From NCBI GenBank assembly GCA_045632145.1, contig JAZQWB010000005.1:23949-87948 (forward strand): a DNA stretch of 64,000 nt. The letters are read 5' to 3'. Shown here in pieces: positions 28,823 to 38,769 of this stretch (positions within the stretch are counted from its first letter, which is position 1; each line of letters opens with the position of its first letter). The notes below the pieces were generated by a model that saw only the letters and a list, made by a program, of their open reading frames with translations, made no database searches and was not told the origin of the DNA. A program made the translations under genes and the position numbers. Origin of the DNA: Eubacteriales bacterium (GTDB lineage Bacteria > Bacillota > Clostridia > Oscillospirales > CAG-272).

Positions 28823-31450
28823 ATGAAAGAACTTGCAAAAAACTACAATCCTGCCGAGTTTGAGGACAGGATATACGACAACTGGTGCGAGAAGGGATAC
28901 TTCAAGCCCGATTCCGACGATAAGAAGCCTGCCTTCTCTATCGTTATTCCTCCCCCCAACGTAACAGGTCAGCTCCACATGGGTCACGCCCTTGACGAGA
29001 CTCTTCAGGACATACTTGTTCGTACCAAGCGTATGCAGGGCTATTCTACCCTTTGGGTGCCCGGCACCGACCACGCAGGTATTGCTACACAGATCAAGGT
29101 TGAGGAAAGACTCCGCGTGGACGAGGGTCTCTCCCGTTACGATCTGGGTAGAGAAAAGTTCCTCGAGAGAGTTTGGGCATGGAAGGACTCCTATGAGGCG
29201 AGAATTACCGGTCAGCTTAAGAAGCTCGGTGCTTCCTGCGACTGGTCCAGACAGAGATTTACTATGGACGAGGGCTGCTCCAGAGCAGTACGCGAGGTAT
29301 TCGTTAACCTTTACGACAAGGGTCTTATCTACCGCGGACACAGAATTATCAACTGGTGCCCCAGATGTCTTACCGCACTCTCCGACGCAGAGGTTGAGTA
29401 TAAGGATCAGCCCGGCTTCTTCTGGCACATCAAGTACCCCATCAAGGGTGAGGATGGCTACGTAGAGGTTGCTACCACCAGACCCGAGACCATGTTTGGT
29501 GATACCGCCGTTGCAGTTAACCCCGATGACGAGGCTACAAAGCACCTCATCGGCAAGACACTTATTATTCCCATCGTTAACCGCGAGATTCCCGTAATCG
29601 CAGACGATTACGTTGAGATTGGCTTCGGTACAGGCTGTGTAAAGATCACTCCTGCACACGACCCCAACGACTTCCTTGTAGGTCAGCGTCATAATCTGGA
29701 GCAGATCAAGGTTATGAACGACGATGCTACCATGAACGCATACGCAGGCAAGTACGAGGGTATGGACAGATACAGCTGCCGTAAGGCTCTCGTTGCTGAC
29801 CTTGAGGCTGAGGGCTTCCTTGTTAAGACCGTTCCTCACGACCACAACGTAGGCACCTGCTACCGTTGTGGCACCACCGTTGAGCCCCTTACAAGCGACC
29901 AGTGGTTCGTAAAGATGAAGCCCCTTGCAGCTCCTGCAATCGAGGCTGTTGAAAATGGATCTATCAACTTCGTGCCCGAGCGTTTCTCTAAGAATTACTT
30001 CAACTGGATGAACAACATCCTTGACTGGTGTATCTCCCGTCAGCTCTGGTGGGGACACAGAATTCCTGCCTTCTACTGCGACGAGTGCGGTCATATGGAG
30101 GTTAGTAAGACCGACATCGACACCTGCCCCAAGTGTGGCGGCAAGGTAAGACAGGAGGAGGACGTTCTTGACACCTGGTTCTCCTCTGCGCTCTGGCCCT
30201 TCTCTACTCTCGGCTGGCCCGACTCCACCGAGGATCTTAAGAGATACTATCCCACCGACACTCTCGTTACCGGCTATGACATCATCACCTTCTGGGTTTC
30301 CAGAATGATCTTCTCCGGTCTCGAGCATATGAATGAAAAGCCCTTCTCCACCGTATTTATCCACGGTCTTGTACGTGACGCACAGGGTAGAAAGATGTCC
30401 AAGTCTCTTGGCAACGGTATCGATCCCCTTAAGGTTATCGAGGAGTACGGCGCAGACGCGCTCCGTTTTGCCCTTGCTACAGGTAACGCACCCGGTAACG
30501 ATATGAGATTCTCCGACGAGAAGATCGAGGCGGCAAGAAACTTTGCAAACAAGCTCTGGAACGCATCCCGTTTCGTGCTTATGAACCTTACCGAGAGCGA
30601 CGAGGAGCTTCTTGCTCCTGCAGACGAGCAGCTGCTTACCATTGAGGACAAGTGGATTCTCTCCAAGTTCAACCGTCTTGCAAAGAGTGTAAACGACAAC
30701 ATCGCAAACTACGAGGTTGGTGTTGCTCTCGCAGAGATCTACTCCTTCACCTGGGACACCTTCTGTGACTGGTACATCGAGATGGCAAAGAGCCGTATCT
30801 TTGAGGGCGGTGAGGCTGCTCTCACCGCAAAGAGAACTCTCGTAAAGGTTCTCTCGGGTATTCTCGGTCTCCTTCACCCCTATATGCCCTTCATCACCGA
30901 GGAAATCTATCAGGCTATTCCTCACACCTGCGAGTCTATTATGATCTCCGAGTATCCCACCTTCAATGCCGAGCTTGACTACTCTATAGCAGAGGAGGAC
31001 GTTGAGAGAATCATCTCCTGCATCACCGCTATCAGAACTCGCAGAGCAGAGATGAACGTTCCCCCCTCAAAGAAGGCAAAGCTCTACGTTGTTACCAAGT
31101 ACGAGGACACCTTCAAGAACGCATCCAAGATTCTCGAGAAGCTTGCTTCTGCATCCGAGGTTATTATCACAGACAGCTATGAGTCCGACGACGCGGTTAT
31201 GATCGCAACAGATGCAGGCCGTCTCTACATTCCTCTTGCAGAGGTTATCGACTTTGAGAAGGAGCGCGCAAGACTTACCGCAGAGATGAAGAAGAACGAC
31301 GGTGAGATCGAGCGTATTGAAAAGAAGCTTGCAAACGAGGGCTTCGTTGCTAAGGCTCCTGCCGCCGTTATCGAGGGTGAGAAGGCAAAGCTTAAGAAGT
31401 ATCTTGCGGTTAAGGAATCTCTCACTATCGCTCTTAGTAAGCTTCAGTAA
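28823..31450 (+). CDS. valS: Valine--tRNA ligase
   Basis: [31 protein letters not shown]-terminal coiled coil. Confidence 0.99.
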   Translation: MKELAKNYNPAEFEDRIYDNWCEKGYFKPDSDDKKPAFSIVIPPPNVTGQLHMGHALDETLQDILVRTKRMQGYSTLWVPGTDHAGIATQIKVEERLRVDEGLSRYDLGREKFLERVWAWKDSYEARITGQLKKLGASCDWSRQRFTMDEGCSRAVREVFVNLYDKGLIYRGHRIINWCPRCLTALSDAEVEYKDQPGFFWHIKYPIKGEDGYVEVATTRPETMFGDTAVAVNPDDEATKHLIGKTLIIPIVNREIPVIADDYVEIGFGTGCVKITPAHDPNDFLVGQRHNLEQIKVMNDDATMNAYAGKYEGMDRYSCRKALVADLEAEGFLVKTVPHDHNVGTCYRCGTTVEPLTSDQWFVKMKPLAAPAIEAVENGSINFVPERFSKNYFNWMNNILDWCISRQLWWGHRIPAFYCDECGHMEVSKTDIDTCPKCGGKVRQEEDVLDTWFSSALWPFSTLGWPDSTEDLKRYYPTDTLVTGYDIITFWVSRMIFSGLEHMNEKPFSTVFIHGLVRDAQGRKMSKSLGNGIDPLKVIEEYGADALRFALATGNAPGNDMRFSDEKIEAARNFANKLWNASRFVLMNLTESDEELLAPADEQLLTIEDKWILSKFNRLAKSVNDNIANYEVGVALAEIYSFTWDTFCDWYIEMAKSRIFEGGEAALTAKRTLVKVLSGILGLLHPYMPFITEEIYQAIPHTCESIMISEYPTFNAELDYSIAEEDVERIISCITAIRTRRAEMNVPPSKKAKLYVVTKYEDTFKNASKILEKLASASEVIITDSYESDDAVMIATDAGRLYIPLAEVIDFEKERARLTAEMKKNDGEIERIEKKLANEGFVAKAPAAVIEGEKAKLKKYLAVKESLTIALSKLQ

Positions 31451-31452
31451 TT

Positions 31453-32340
31453 ATGGAAAACGAAAAGAAAATAGAGGATCTTATCGTCTTCTCGGGACAG
31501 TATGAGGACTGCGCGGAAAACAGCCGCGTGGTCATCCCCGAGGGAATCGAGGAGATCGCAGAAAACACATTCAGAGGATACACCTATCTTAAGGAAATAT
31601 CCCTGCCCCGTTCCCTAAAAAAGATTTCTGCCTGTGCCTTTGCAGGCTGTGACAATCTTAAAAGGGTGGAGATGCAATTCGGTCTTGAGGAAATTCTTGA
31701 CGAGGCATTTTCCTCCTGCCCCTCTCTTAACGAAATTATTATCCCCGACTCAGTAAAGCGAATTGGCGAGGGCTGCTTTGAGGCCTGCGCCTCTCTTACG
31801 AGAGTAAAGCTGTCGGAATCTGTGGTTATGATCGGCTCGGGTGCATTTGCATACTGCTTCAACCTGACCGAAATCAACATTCCCGACTCCTGCGTGCTTG
31901 TGGAGTTCAACGCCTTTGCAAACTGCTTTTCTCTCGAGGGAGTGAAGCTCTCCTGCAATATGGGTCTGCTTGACGAGTCCACATTTGAGGGTTGCAGATC
32001 GCTGAAATATGTCGATATGCCAACTAAACTTGTCAAAATCGGTCGCAGAGCCTTCAAGGGCTGCTCATCTCTTGCAAGTATTATTCTGCCCGTTGGTACA
32101 TCTGTGATTGGCTTCGATGCCTTTGCAGACTGCACCTCTCTCTCAAGAATTGCTATCCCCAAGGATTTAAGAGAAATCGAGGACTTTGATGCCTTCGGTG
32201 GCTGCGACGCGCTTGCTGAAATCTCCTTTGGCGGAAGCCGCGAGAGGTGGGAGCAGATTATGAGAGGAAACGCACTCTCCGTACAGAAGAGTGATTGCTC
32301 CGTATCTATCCCCAAAATATCCTTTATGAATCTGGAGTAG
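31453..32340 (+). CDS. BspA-type leucine-rich repeat protein (LRR_5), no signal peptide
   Basis: About ten 23-aa repeats of the form IP.SV..IG..AF.GC.SL..I. Confidence 0.88.
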   Translation: MENEKKIEDLIVFSGQYEDCAENSRVVIPEGIEEIAENTFRGYTYLKEISLPRSLKKISACAFAGCDNLKRVEMQFGLEEILDEAFSSCPSLNEIIIPDSVKRIGEGCFEACASLTRVKLSESVVMIGSGAFAYCFNLTEINIPDSCVLVEFNAFANCFSLEGVKLSCNMGLLDESTFEGCRSLKYVDMPTKLVKIGRRAFKGCSSLASIILPVGTSVIGFDAFADCTSLSRIAIPKDLREIEDFDAFGGCDALAEISFGGSRERWEQIMRGNALSVQKSDCSVSIPKISFMNLE

Positions 32341-32343
32341 AAA

Positions 32344-33009
32344 ATGGCTATAAAATACAAGTGCCTTGTGCTTGACCATGACGATACTGTGGTTGACAGC
32401 TCGGCATCTATACACTACCCCTCCTTTGTTGAATATCTTAAAATCGCAAGACCTCATCTTGCCGACAAATACACCCTTGAGGAGTATTTCGAGAAGAATT
32501 TTGAGCCCGGAATACTTGAGCTTTTCACCGATGAGATCGGACTCTCGGAGGAGGAGCTGAAGGAGGAGGAGCTCTTCTGGAGAGAATACGTTAAGAATCA
32601 TATTCCTCACGTTTATCCCGGAATGGCAGAGATAATTGCCGACTTCAAGGCAGAGGGCGGTATTATTGCGGTTGACTCACACTCGGTGACCGAGAATATT
32701 GTGCGCGACTACAAGGCAGGCGGTCTTACCGACCCCGATATTATCTACGGATGGGATATTCCAGGGGAGATGAGAAAGCCTGCTCCCGGCACGCTCTTTG
32801 ACCTTATGGAAAGATTCGGTCTTAAGCCCGAGGAGATTCTTGTGGTTGATGACCTTAAGCCCGGCTACGATATGGCAAAGGCTGCGGGTGTTGACATTGC
32901 GGCAGCCGCCTGGGCACACAATGTTCGTGGCATCAGAGAGTTTATGTCGAAAAACTGCGAGTATTTCTGCGAGACGGTAGAGGATCTTAGAAAGATTATT
33001 TTTGAGTAA
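32344..33009 (+). CDS. HAD-family hydrolase
   Basis: DHDDT motif I, RKPAP, VVDD. Confidence 0.85.
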   Translation: MAIKYKCLVLDHDDTVVDSSASIHYPSFVEYLKIARPHLADKYTLEEYFEKNFEPGILELFTDEIGLSEEELKEEELFWREYVKNHIPHVYPGMAEIIADFKAEGGIIAVDSHSVTENIVRDYKAGGLTDPDIIYGWDIPGEMRKPAPGTLFDLMERFGLKPEEILVVDDLKPGYDMAKAAGVDIAAAAWAHNVRGIREFMSKNCEYFCETVEDLRKIIFE

Positions 33010-33109
33010 AAAATAGAGCCGACGGAAAAAACCGTCGGCTTTGTGACAAAATCACATTAAACTTTTCCTTTATATGGTATACTAATACCACAAAAGAAAG
33101 GAGACTGCT

Positions 33110-33694
33110 ATGAAAAAATTAATTTCTATTTTTATCCTTATATTTATAATCGGCTCTATGCTTATGGGCTGTAGCATTGTTACTCCCGAAAACGAGGTTG
33201 ATCCTGATGGCACTCCCGGTGGTGGCGGTCCTGATTCCGACCCCGAGCCTATCTACACAGTAGGCACGAGAGTGGGAAATCTTATGGAGGCGGTTGAGCT
33301 TAATAAAATCGACGGCAGCGGTAGTGTGAGCATCGAGGACTACAAGGGCAAGATCATCATCTTTAACCTTTGGGCTACCTGGTGTCCTCCCTGCACAGGT
33401 GAGCTTCCTCATTTCAGCGAATTTGCCGAGGAATATGCCTCTGACGTAGTTATCATTGCGGTCCACGTGTCGAACAACAACCAGAATGCATACTCAGAGG
33501 TTTCTACTAACTACAAGAATTCCAAGATCGTATTTGCCTATGATACTATCACCGATGATGCATATATTGCGGCAGGCGGAAACGGATACGTTCCCTACAC
33601 CGTTATTCTTGACAGAAGCGGAGTTATCGTATATTCCGACAGCGGTGCACTCAGCTATCAGAGGCTGGAGCAGCTTGTTGCTCCCTTAAAGTAA
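33110..33694 (+). CDS. TlpA/ResA-like thiol-disulfide oxidoreductase lipoprotein
   Basis: Lipobox LMGC; NLWATWCPPC; VPYT. Confidence 0.88.
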   Translation: MKKLISIFILIFIIGSMLMGCSIVTPENEVDPDGTPGGGGPDSDPEPIYTVGTRVGNLMEAVELNKIDGSGSVSIEDYKGKIIIFNLWATWCPPCTGELPHFSEFAEEYASDVVIIAVHVSNNNQNAYSEVSTNYKNSKIVFAYDTITDDAYIAAGGNGYVPYTVILDRSGVIVYSDSGALSYQRLEQLVAPLK

Positions 33695-33726
33695 AAAAAT
33701 CCCGTTGGGTTTACCAACGGGATTTT
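33695..33726. terminator. Bidirectional terminator
   Basis: aaaatcccgttgg-gttta-ccaacgggatttt. Confidence 0.8.
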
Positions 33727-33729
33727 CTA

Positions 33730-34494
33730 TTAGGTAATTGTCTTGATAATATTAGAGTCTGCGATCTCAACGTAGATTTCGGGATCAAAGTCGATAAGCA
33801 AATCGCGGAAGAATTCGCTGATGTGCTGCTCGGTGTAGTAGTGGCCTGCCTCGATAAGATTAATACCCATTTCGGTGGCCTCCTCCATTACGTTGTAGCC
33901 GATTCTACCCGAGAGGAATGTGTCTGCTCCTGCCTCAATAGCCGCCTTTACGTAGCCCTTACCGTCACCGCCAACAACGGCAACCTTATGCACGTCGCTG
34001 AAGCCGTCGGCATATCTTACTGCGTCTGCACCGATAAGCTGCTTTACTCTATAAGCAAAGTCCTGAATCTCCATAGGTTCGTCGATAGTACCGATTCTGC
34101 CAAGGTCACCCTCACCGAAGGGCACCGCATCATACATACCGAGAATCTCGGCAAGACGGTCGTTTACTCCGCCAACAAGCTTGTCAGCGCGGGTGTGGAA
34201 GGAGAATACGGTAATGCCGTTGCAGATAAGCTTAATGAGCTTTCTTGCTATATGATTTTCCTCATCGATAGAGGAAAGAGGCTTGAACACCAAGGGGTGA
34301 TGAGAAACGATAAGGTCAAAGCCACGCTCGATGGCGTAGTCAACGATCTCCTCGGTTACGTCAAGAGCAACGAGGGCGCGACAAATCTCGGAGGAGCCGT
34401 CGGAAAGGCACATTACACCGTCGTTGTCCCAGGGCTCGCGGAGAGATGAGGGAATACGCTCCTCAAATTTATGATAAAGCTGCTTTGCGTTCAT
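33730..34494 (-). CDS. Nif3-like dinuclear metal centre protein
   Basis: WDNDG, ALDVT, SHHPL.F, FHT..D, EAGHYYTE. Confidence 0.9.
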   Translation of the reverse strand: MNAKQLYHKFEERIPSSLREPWDNDGVMCLSDGSSEICRALVALDVTEEIVDYAIERGFDLIVSHHPLVFKPLSSIDEENHIARKLIKLICNGITVFSFHTRADKLVGGVNDRLAEILGMYDAVPFGEGDLGRIGTIDEPMEIQDFAYRVKQLIGADAVRYADGFSDVHKVAVVGGDGKGYVKAAIEAGADTFLSGRIGYNVMEEATEMGINLIEAGHYYTEQHISEFFRDLLIDFDPEIYVEIADSNIIKTIT

Positions 34495-34495
34495 A

Positions 34496-35188
34496 TCAAA
34501 TTCCTTTCATAATCAGGTCGTTAAGGTCAAGGATAAGCTGCTCGTCATCTGTGCAATCTACCCCTGCCTCCTTCTTGCCCTCGGTGGCCTTGATGAGAGC
34601 AGAAAGCTTGTTTTTAAGATACCTACGTCTGAATTCCATACCAAGATATTTACAATCGGGTGAGCCTGCCAGGGCCTCAAGAACGGATATTTCCCGACTC
34701 TTCCCGTCATAAATTACAGCAAAGCACACGTAGTACTTACCTGCATCAAGGCTGTAGCTCTCGCAGGTAATCCTGAAGCCCGAGGAGGCAAGATACTCGC
34801 GAAGCTTCTCCTGCTTGGTCATAGGCTGAAGAATAAGATTAAGCCCTGCGTCCTTAAGGTGGGATGCGCGCTCGATAATATCGGCAATAAGCTCGCCACC
34901 CATACCGCAGATGGCATAGTCGGTAATACCCTTGCCCGAAAGCACAGTAGCTCCGTCGGTAAGGATAAAGTCGGTCTCACCAAGTCTATTTCGCTCCTCC
35001 GCATTCTTTCTTGCAGAGGCAAGAGGTCCTTCGTTTATGTCACAGCAATAGGCAAATTTAATTTTACCCGAATCAAGCAAAAAAAGAGGCAGATACGCAT
35101 GATCGGTGCCGATGTCGGCCAATATCGCGTCCTGCCTCGTTAGTTCTGCCACAGAGAGCAGACGCGCGTTTAATGCGCTGTTTTTCAT
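34496..35188 (-). CDS. trmK: tRNA (adenine-22-N1)-methyltransferase
   Basis: ADIGTDHAYLP, DINEGP, ICGMGG.LI, ILQPM. Confidence 0.9.
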   Translation of the reverse strand: MKNSALNARLLSVAELTRQDAILADIGTDHAYLPLFLLDSGKIKFAYCCDINEGPLASARKNAEERNRLGETDFILTDGATVLSGKGITDYAICGMGGELIADIIERASHLKDAGLNLILQPMTKQEKLREYLASSGFRITCESYSLDAGKYYVCFAVIYDGKSREISVLEALAGSPDCKYLGMEFRRRYLKNKLSALIKATEGKKEAGVDCTDDEQLILDLNDLIMKGI

Positions 35189-35388
35189 TACTTATTCTGG
35201 AGATACTCGTTAATCTTCTTTACAAGCTCATCAGCATCGGTGCCGTGAACTGCACAAGCCTCTGCAATAGACTCACCTCTGGAGTGAGGGCAGCCGAGAC
35301 AGTGCATACCGATCTCAAAGAAGAACTGTGCTGTATTTACGTCAAAATCAAGAATATCGCCGATAAGGCTATCTTTTGTTACCTGCAT
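35188..35388 (-). CDS. DUF1858 domain protein
   Basis: GMHCLGCP.S.GESI.EAC.VHG; ATG 35388 has an AAGGA RBS. Confidence 0.85.
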   Translation of the reverse strand: MQVTKDSLIGDILDFDVNTAQFFFEIGMHCLGCPHSRGESIAEACAVHGTDADELVKKINEYLQNK

Positions 35389-35553
35389 TTTAGTATTCCT
35401 TTCTTTAGGGCAAATTTGTTTAACAGAGTAAGTATACCACATTACGACAAAAAAATCAATATTTATTTTAAAGTTACTATTTACATTTTGAAGATTTTGT
35501 GGTAAAATACTTCTGTATGACTAATTTCTAGAAGAAGAAAGGACAAAAAAGAC

Positions 35554-36672
35554 GTGATAGTTGCCCTTGATGAAGCAAAAAGAAAGCTGACCGCCCTCTA
35601 CGACGTGGTAGGGGAGCTTAAGAATCAGCTCAGAATAGATGAAGCAAAGGAAAGATGTGCCGAGCTCGAGAGAGAGACTATGGTGCAGGATTTCTGGAAT
35701 GATGCGGAAAAGTCCTCCAAGAAGCTGCAGGAAATCAAACAGCTGAAGGATAAGTATGAGAGCTACGAGGCTCTTGCCGCAAGACTTGACGATGCCTTTA
35801 CCCTCTGCGAGATGGCTATTGAGGCAGAGGACGAGGATTCGGTAGAGGAGGTGCTCTCCGAGACCGCAGAGATCGAGGAGGAGGCAGAGAAAAAGAGAAT
35901 TGAAGTACTCCTCTCCGGCCCTTATGATAAGAATAATGCAATACTTTCCTTCCATCCCGGTGCAGGTGGTACAGAGGCTCAGGACTGGGCATCTATGCTT
36001 TACCGTCTTTACACCAGATGGGGTGAGAAGCACGGCTTTAACGTTAAGCTCATTGACTGGCTTGACGGTGATGCGGCAGGTATTAAGTCTGCAACCATTA
36101 TGGTTGAGGGTATGAATGCTTACGGCTACCTTAAGAGTGAAAACGGTGTACACCGTCTGGTAAGAATTTCTCCCTTCGATGCATCTGGCAGACGCCAGAC
36201 CTCCTTTGCATCCGTTGAGGTTATGCCCGAGTTTGAGGATGATGACACCATCGTTCTTCGTGACGAGGACCTTGACATTACTGCGCACCGTTCCTCCGGT
36301 GCAGGCGGTCAGCACATTAACAAGACCGACTCCGCTATCCGTATCGTGCACAAGCCTACCGGTATCGTTGTTGGCTGTCAGACCGAGAGAAGCCAGCTTC
36401 AGAACAAGGAGACCGCTCTTAAGATGCTGAAGGCAAAGCTTATGGAAATCAAGCTCCGCGAGAAGCTTGACCGTATCGAGGATATTCAGGGTAACAAGGC
36501 AAATATCGAGTGGGGTAGCCAGATCAGATCCTACGTATTTATGCCCTACACTCTTGCCAAGGATACACGTACAGGACACGAGGACGGCAATATCGACTCT
36601 GTAATGGACGGTAATATCGACGGATTTATCAACGCTTATCTTAAGCAGCTCTCCGCAGGTGAGATTAAGTAA
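35554..36672 (+). CDS. prfB: Peptide chain release factor 2, no programmed frameshift
   Basis: GAGGTEAQDW, SPF, GGQ and WGSQIRSYV motifs; uninterrupted frame from GTG. Confidence 0.97.
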   Translation: MIVALDEAKRKLTALYDVVGELKNQLRIDEAKERCAELERETMVQDFWNDAEKSSKKLQEIKQLKDKYESYEALAARLDDAFTLCEMAIEAEDEDSVEEVLSETAEIEEEAEKKRIEVLLSGPYDKNNAILSFHPGAGGTEAQDWASMLYRLYTRWGEKHGFNVKLIDWLDGDAAGIKSATIMVEGMNAYGYLKSENGVHRLVRISPFDASGRRQTSFASVEVMPEFEDDDTIVLRDEDLDITAHRSSGAGGQHINKTDSAIRIVHKPTGIVVGCQTERSQLQNKETALKMLKAKLMEIKLREKLDRIEDIQGNKANIEWGSQIRSYVFMPYTLAKDTRTGHEDGNIDSVMDGNIDGFINAYLKQLSAGEIK

Positions 36673-36677
36673 AAATT

Positions 36678-36707
36678 AAAACGGTGCGAAATTCGCACCG
36701 TTTTTTT
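36678..36707. terminator. Bidirectional terminator
   Basis: aaacggtgcg-aaatt-cgcaccgtttttt. Confidence 0.8.
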
Positions 36708-37377
36708 ATATGTGATTAAGGATTTCTCGGGGGCTTTTAAAAAGATTTTCTGCCCCTGCAGAGCGGAGCTGTGCTTCGGTGCGGAAGCCGTAGGTGACGA
36801 AGAACGCGTTTTTTATCTCTGCGTTTCTTGCGGTCAAAACGTCGGGCTCGGAGTCACCGATATAGGCGGTTTCCTCTCGGGTTGTGCCAAGCTCCTGCAT
36901 AATACCGTAGAGAGCATCGGGCGAGGGCTTCAGGGGGATATTATCTCTGCCACCGTAAACCAGGTCGAAGCTATTCTTGAAAAAGTGGTTAACCGTGGCT
37001 TTGACAGCAAAATCCGGCTTGTTTGAAAGTACGGCAAGTCTAATTCCCTGCTCCTTAAGTGCGGACAAAAGCTCCTTTACCCCCTCGTAGGGCTCGGTCA
37101 GGTAGTAGGGGGAGGCATTATATGCCTCGTTATAGGTGCTGAACACTCGGTCAAAGAGGGAGATATCTCCGCCCACCGAATTAATAGCACGTTCAATAAG
37201 CTTTACAGCACCGTTGCCAACAAAGGCCATAGTGTCGGCCTCGCTTACAGGGGGCAGACCGCAGGTGCCAAGAGCATAATTAAGATAGTGATTTATGGTT
37301 TTAATAGTGTTAAGAAGTGTGCCGTCTAAGTCAAAAACGGCACACTTTATCTTTGTTTTGTCAAGTTTAGTTGTCAT
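36706..37377 (-). CDS. HAD hydrolase, phosphoglycolate phosphatase-like
   Basis: FDLDGTL, LSNK, KPSP, YIGDS..D. Confidence 0.88.
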   Translation of the reverse strand: MTTKLDKTKIKCAVFDLDGTLLNTIKTINHYLNYALGTCGLPPVSEADTMAFVGNGAVKLIERAINSVGGDISLFDRVFSTYNEAYNASPYYLTEPYEGVKELLSALKEQGIRLAVLSNKPDFAVKATVNHFFKNSFDLVYGGRDNIPLKPSPDALYGIMQELGTTREETAYIGDSEPDVLTARNAEIKNAFFVTYGFRTEAQLRSAGAENLFKSPREILNHI

Positions 37378-37378
37378 A

Positions 37379-38644
37379 TCAAAGCTTCTTTATTATTTCC
37401 TCAAGTCTTGAGAGGTCGATTTTCTTTTTGTTACCCTTAATGGCGAGGGTCAGATTTTCGGGTCTGAATACCACCTCCGCGACCTCTCTGATGCGCTCGG
37501 GGGTGACCGCCTTATACTTCTCTGCTCTCTCCTCCACCGAGGAGTAGCCTGCACTCATAATATGGTTATCGTATGCCATAGTAAAGTTAAGCTCTCTTGC
37601 CTCATCGTAAAGGAGTCCTGCGTTGGTAACATAGCCTGCCTTCATCATAGAGGACTCGTCGGGGGTGCTATCCTTTATCTCGCGAAGCAGGGAGACGGTG
37701 GTTTCCACCGCATCGTAAACAGAGCCGCCACGCACCTCAAAGGAGAAAACAAGTGTACCTATATTATTATATCTCTCACTAGAGCCTGAAATATCGTAAA
37801 AGAGACCGCGTTTCTCACTCATCTCGATAAAGAAGCGCGAGTTGTAGCCACCGAGGAGCATATCGTAAAGCAGGTCGCTCTCTGCAATGGTCATTTTACT
37901 CATATCCATATCAAAGGAGAAGCGAAGCATAGTGAAATCCGCATTCTTGATATGCACCCTGCCGTCTCTCTTGCCAAAGGAGGCAGCGACGGGGGCAATA
38001 TTTTCGTTTCGTCTGCCCTCTCTTACCCTGTATTTTTCTATCTCGGAGGACAGCTTCTCAAGGTCGGAGTCGGTATAGCTGCCTGTGACGTAGAAGAAGA
38101 TATTGTCGCGTGTCATAACCGACTGTCTGTATTCCTCAAGACGGGTCTTAGTAATCTTCTCCACCCCACCGAGAGTGCCTGTAATCGTGCGAGAGAGGTT
38201 GGTGCCCTCGTGGACAATATTTCCTGCAAAGGTGGAGAGCGAGGTGCTGTCATCTCCCTCTCTGATTTCGGCCTTGATACGCTCGCGCTCGGTCTTAATC
38301 TCGGATGCGGAGAGGATTATGGGTGAGAGAATTCTGGAAATGATCTCGGAGGCAAGGCCAAAATTAGGCGATGCACCTGTGATGTAAAACTGAACCATCT
38401 CGCTATAGGTGGATGCGTTGAATTCGATGCCATAGCGGTCAAGTGTGGAGTAAAGTCCACCATCCATGATAGCACCGACGTTGCGGATTGCCGCATGCTC
38501 AAGGAAATGGGTAATTCCGGAAAGCTCCTCGTGCATACTGCCCGCCCTGATAAAGAGCGAGATGTAGAAGCTATGGATACTCGGATTTTTGTAATCGTAA
38601 ATGGTTACACCGTTTTTGGTAACACGGCTTTGTTCCTTAAACAT
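37379..38644 (-). CDS. M16 family (pitrilysin-like) zinc peptidase
   Basis: GITHFLEH inverted zinc motif, NAST, SRFF.E.SEKRGL.Y. ATG 38644 has an AGGAG RBS. Confidence 0.88.
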   Translation of the reverse strand: MFKEQSRVTKNGVTIYDYKNPSIHSFYISLFIRAGSMHEELSGITHFLEHAAIRNVGAIMDGGLYSTLDRYGIEFNASTYSEMVQFYITGASPNFGLASEIISRILSPIILSASEIKTERERIKAEIREGDDSTSLSTFAGNIVHEGTNLSRTITGTLGGVEKITKTRLEEYRQSVMTRDNIFFYVTGSYTDSDLEKLSSEIEKYRVREGRRNENIAPVAASFGKRDGRVHIKNADFTMLRFSFDMDMSKMTIAESDLLYDMLLGGYNSRFFIEMSEKRGLFYDISGSSERYNNIGTLVFSFEVRGGSVYDAVETTVSLLREIKDSTPDESSMMKAGYVTNAGLLYDEARELNFTMAYDNHIMSAGYSSVEERAEKYKAVTPERIREVAEVVFRPENLTLAIKGNKKKIDLSRLEEIIKKL

Positions 38645-38668
38645 TTTCGCTCCTTTCATTGTTATATT

Positions 38669-38769
38669 AAAGCTATGGATTTTTCGATGATTTTTGTGCT
38701 TTGCGAGCGAAGGTGTAGTTACCTACTCCGAGCGAGAAAAGTGCAAAAAGCGCGAAAAATCAAAGCTTT
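38669..38769 (+). repeat. Long imperfect hairpin element, copy A
   Basis: Arms AAAGCT/AGCTTT, GATTTTTCG/CGAAAAATC, TTTTTGTGCTTT/AAAGTGCAAAAA; apex CGAA-GGTGTAG-TTAC-CTACTCC-GAG; contains the pcrA stop. Confidence 0.75.

Noticed and set aside
31453..32340. Periodic sequence as a DNA repeat array
   Set aside because: The periodicity is the 23-aa LRR protein repeat with degenerate codons
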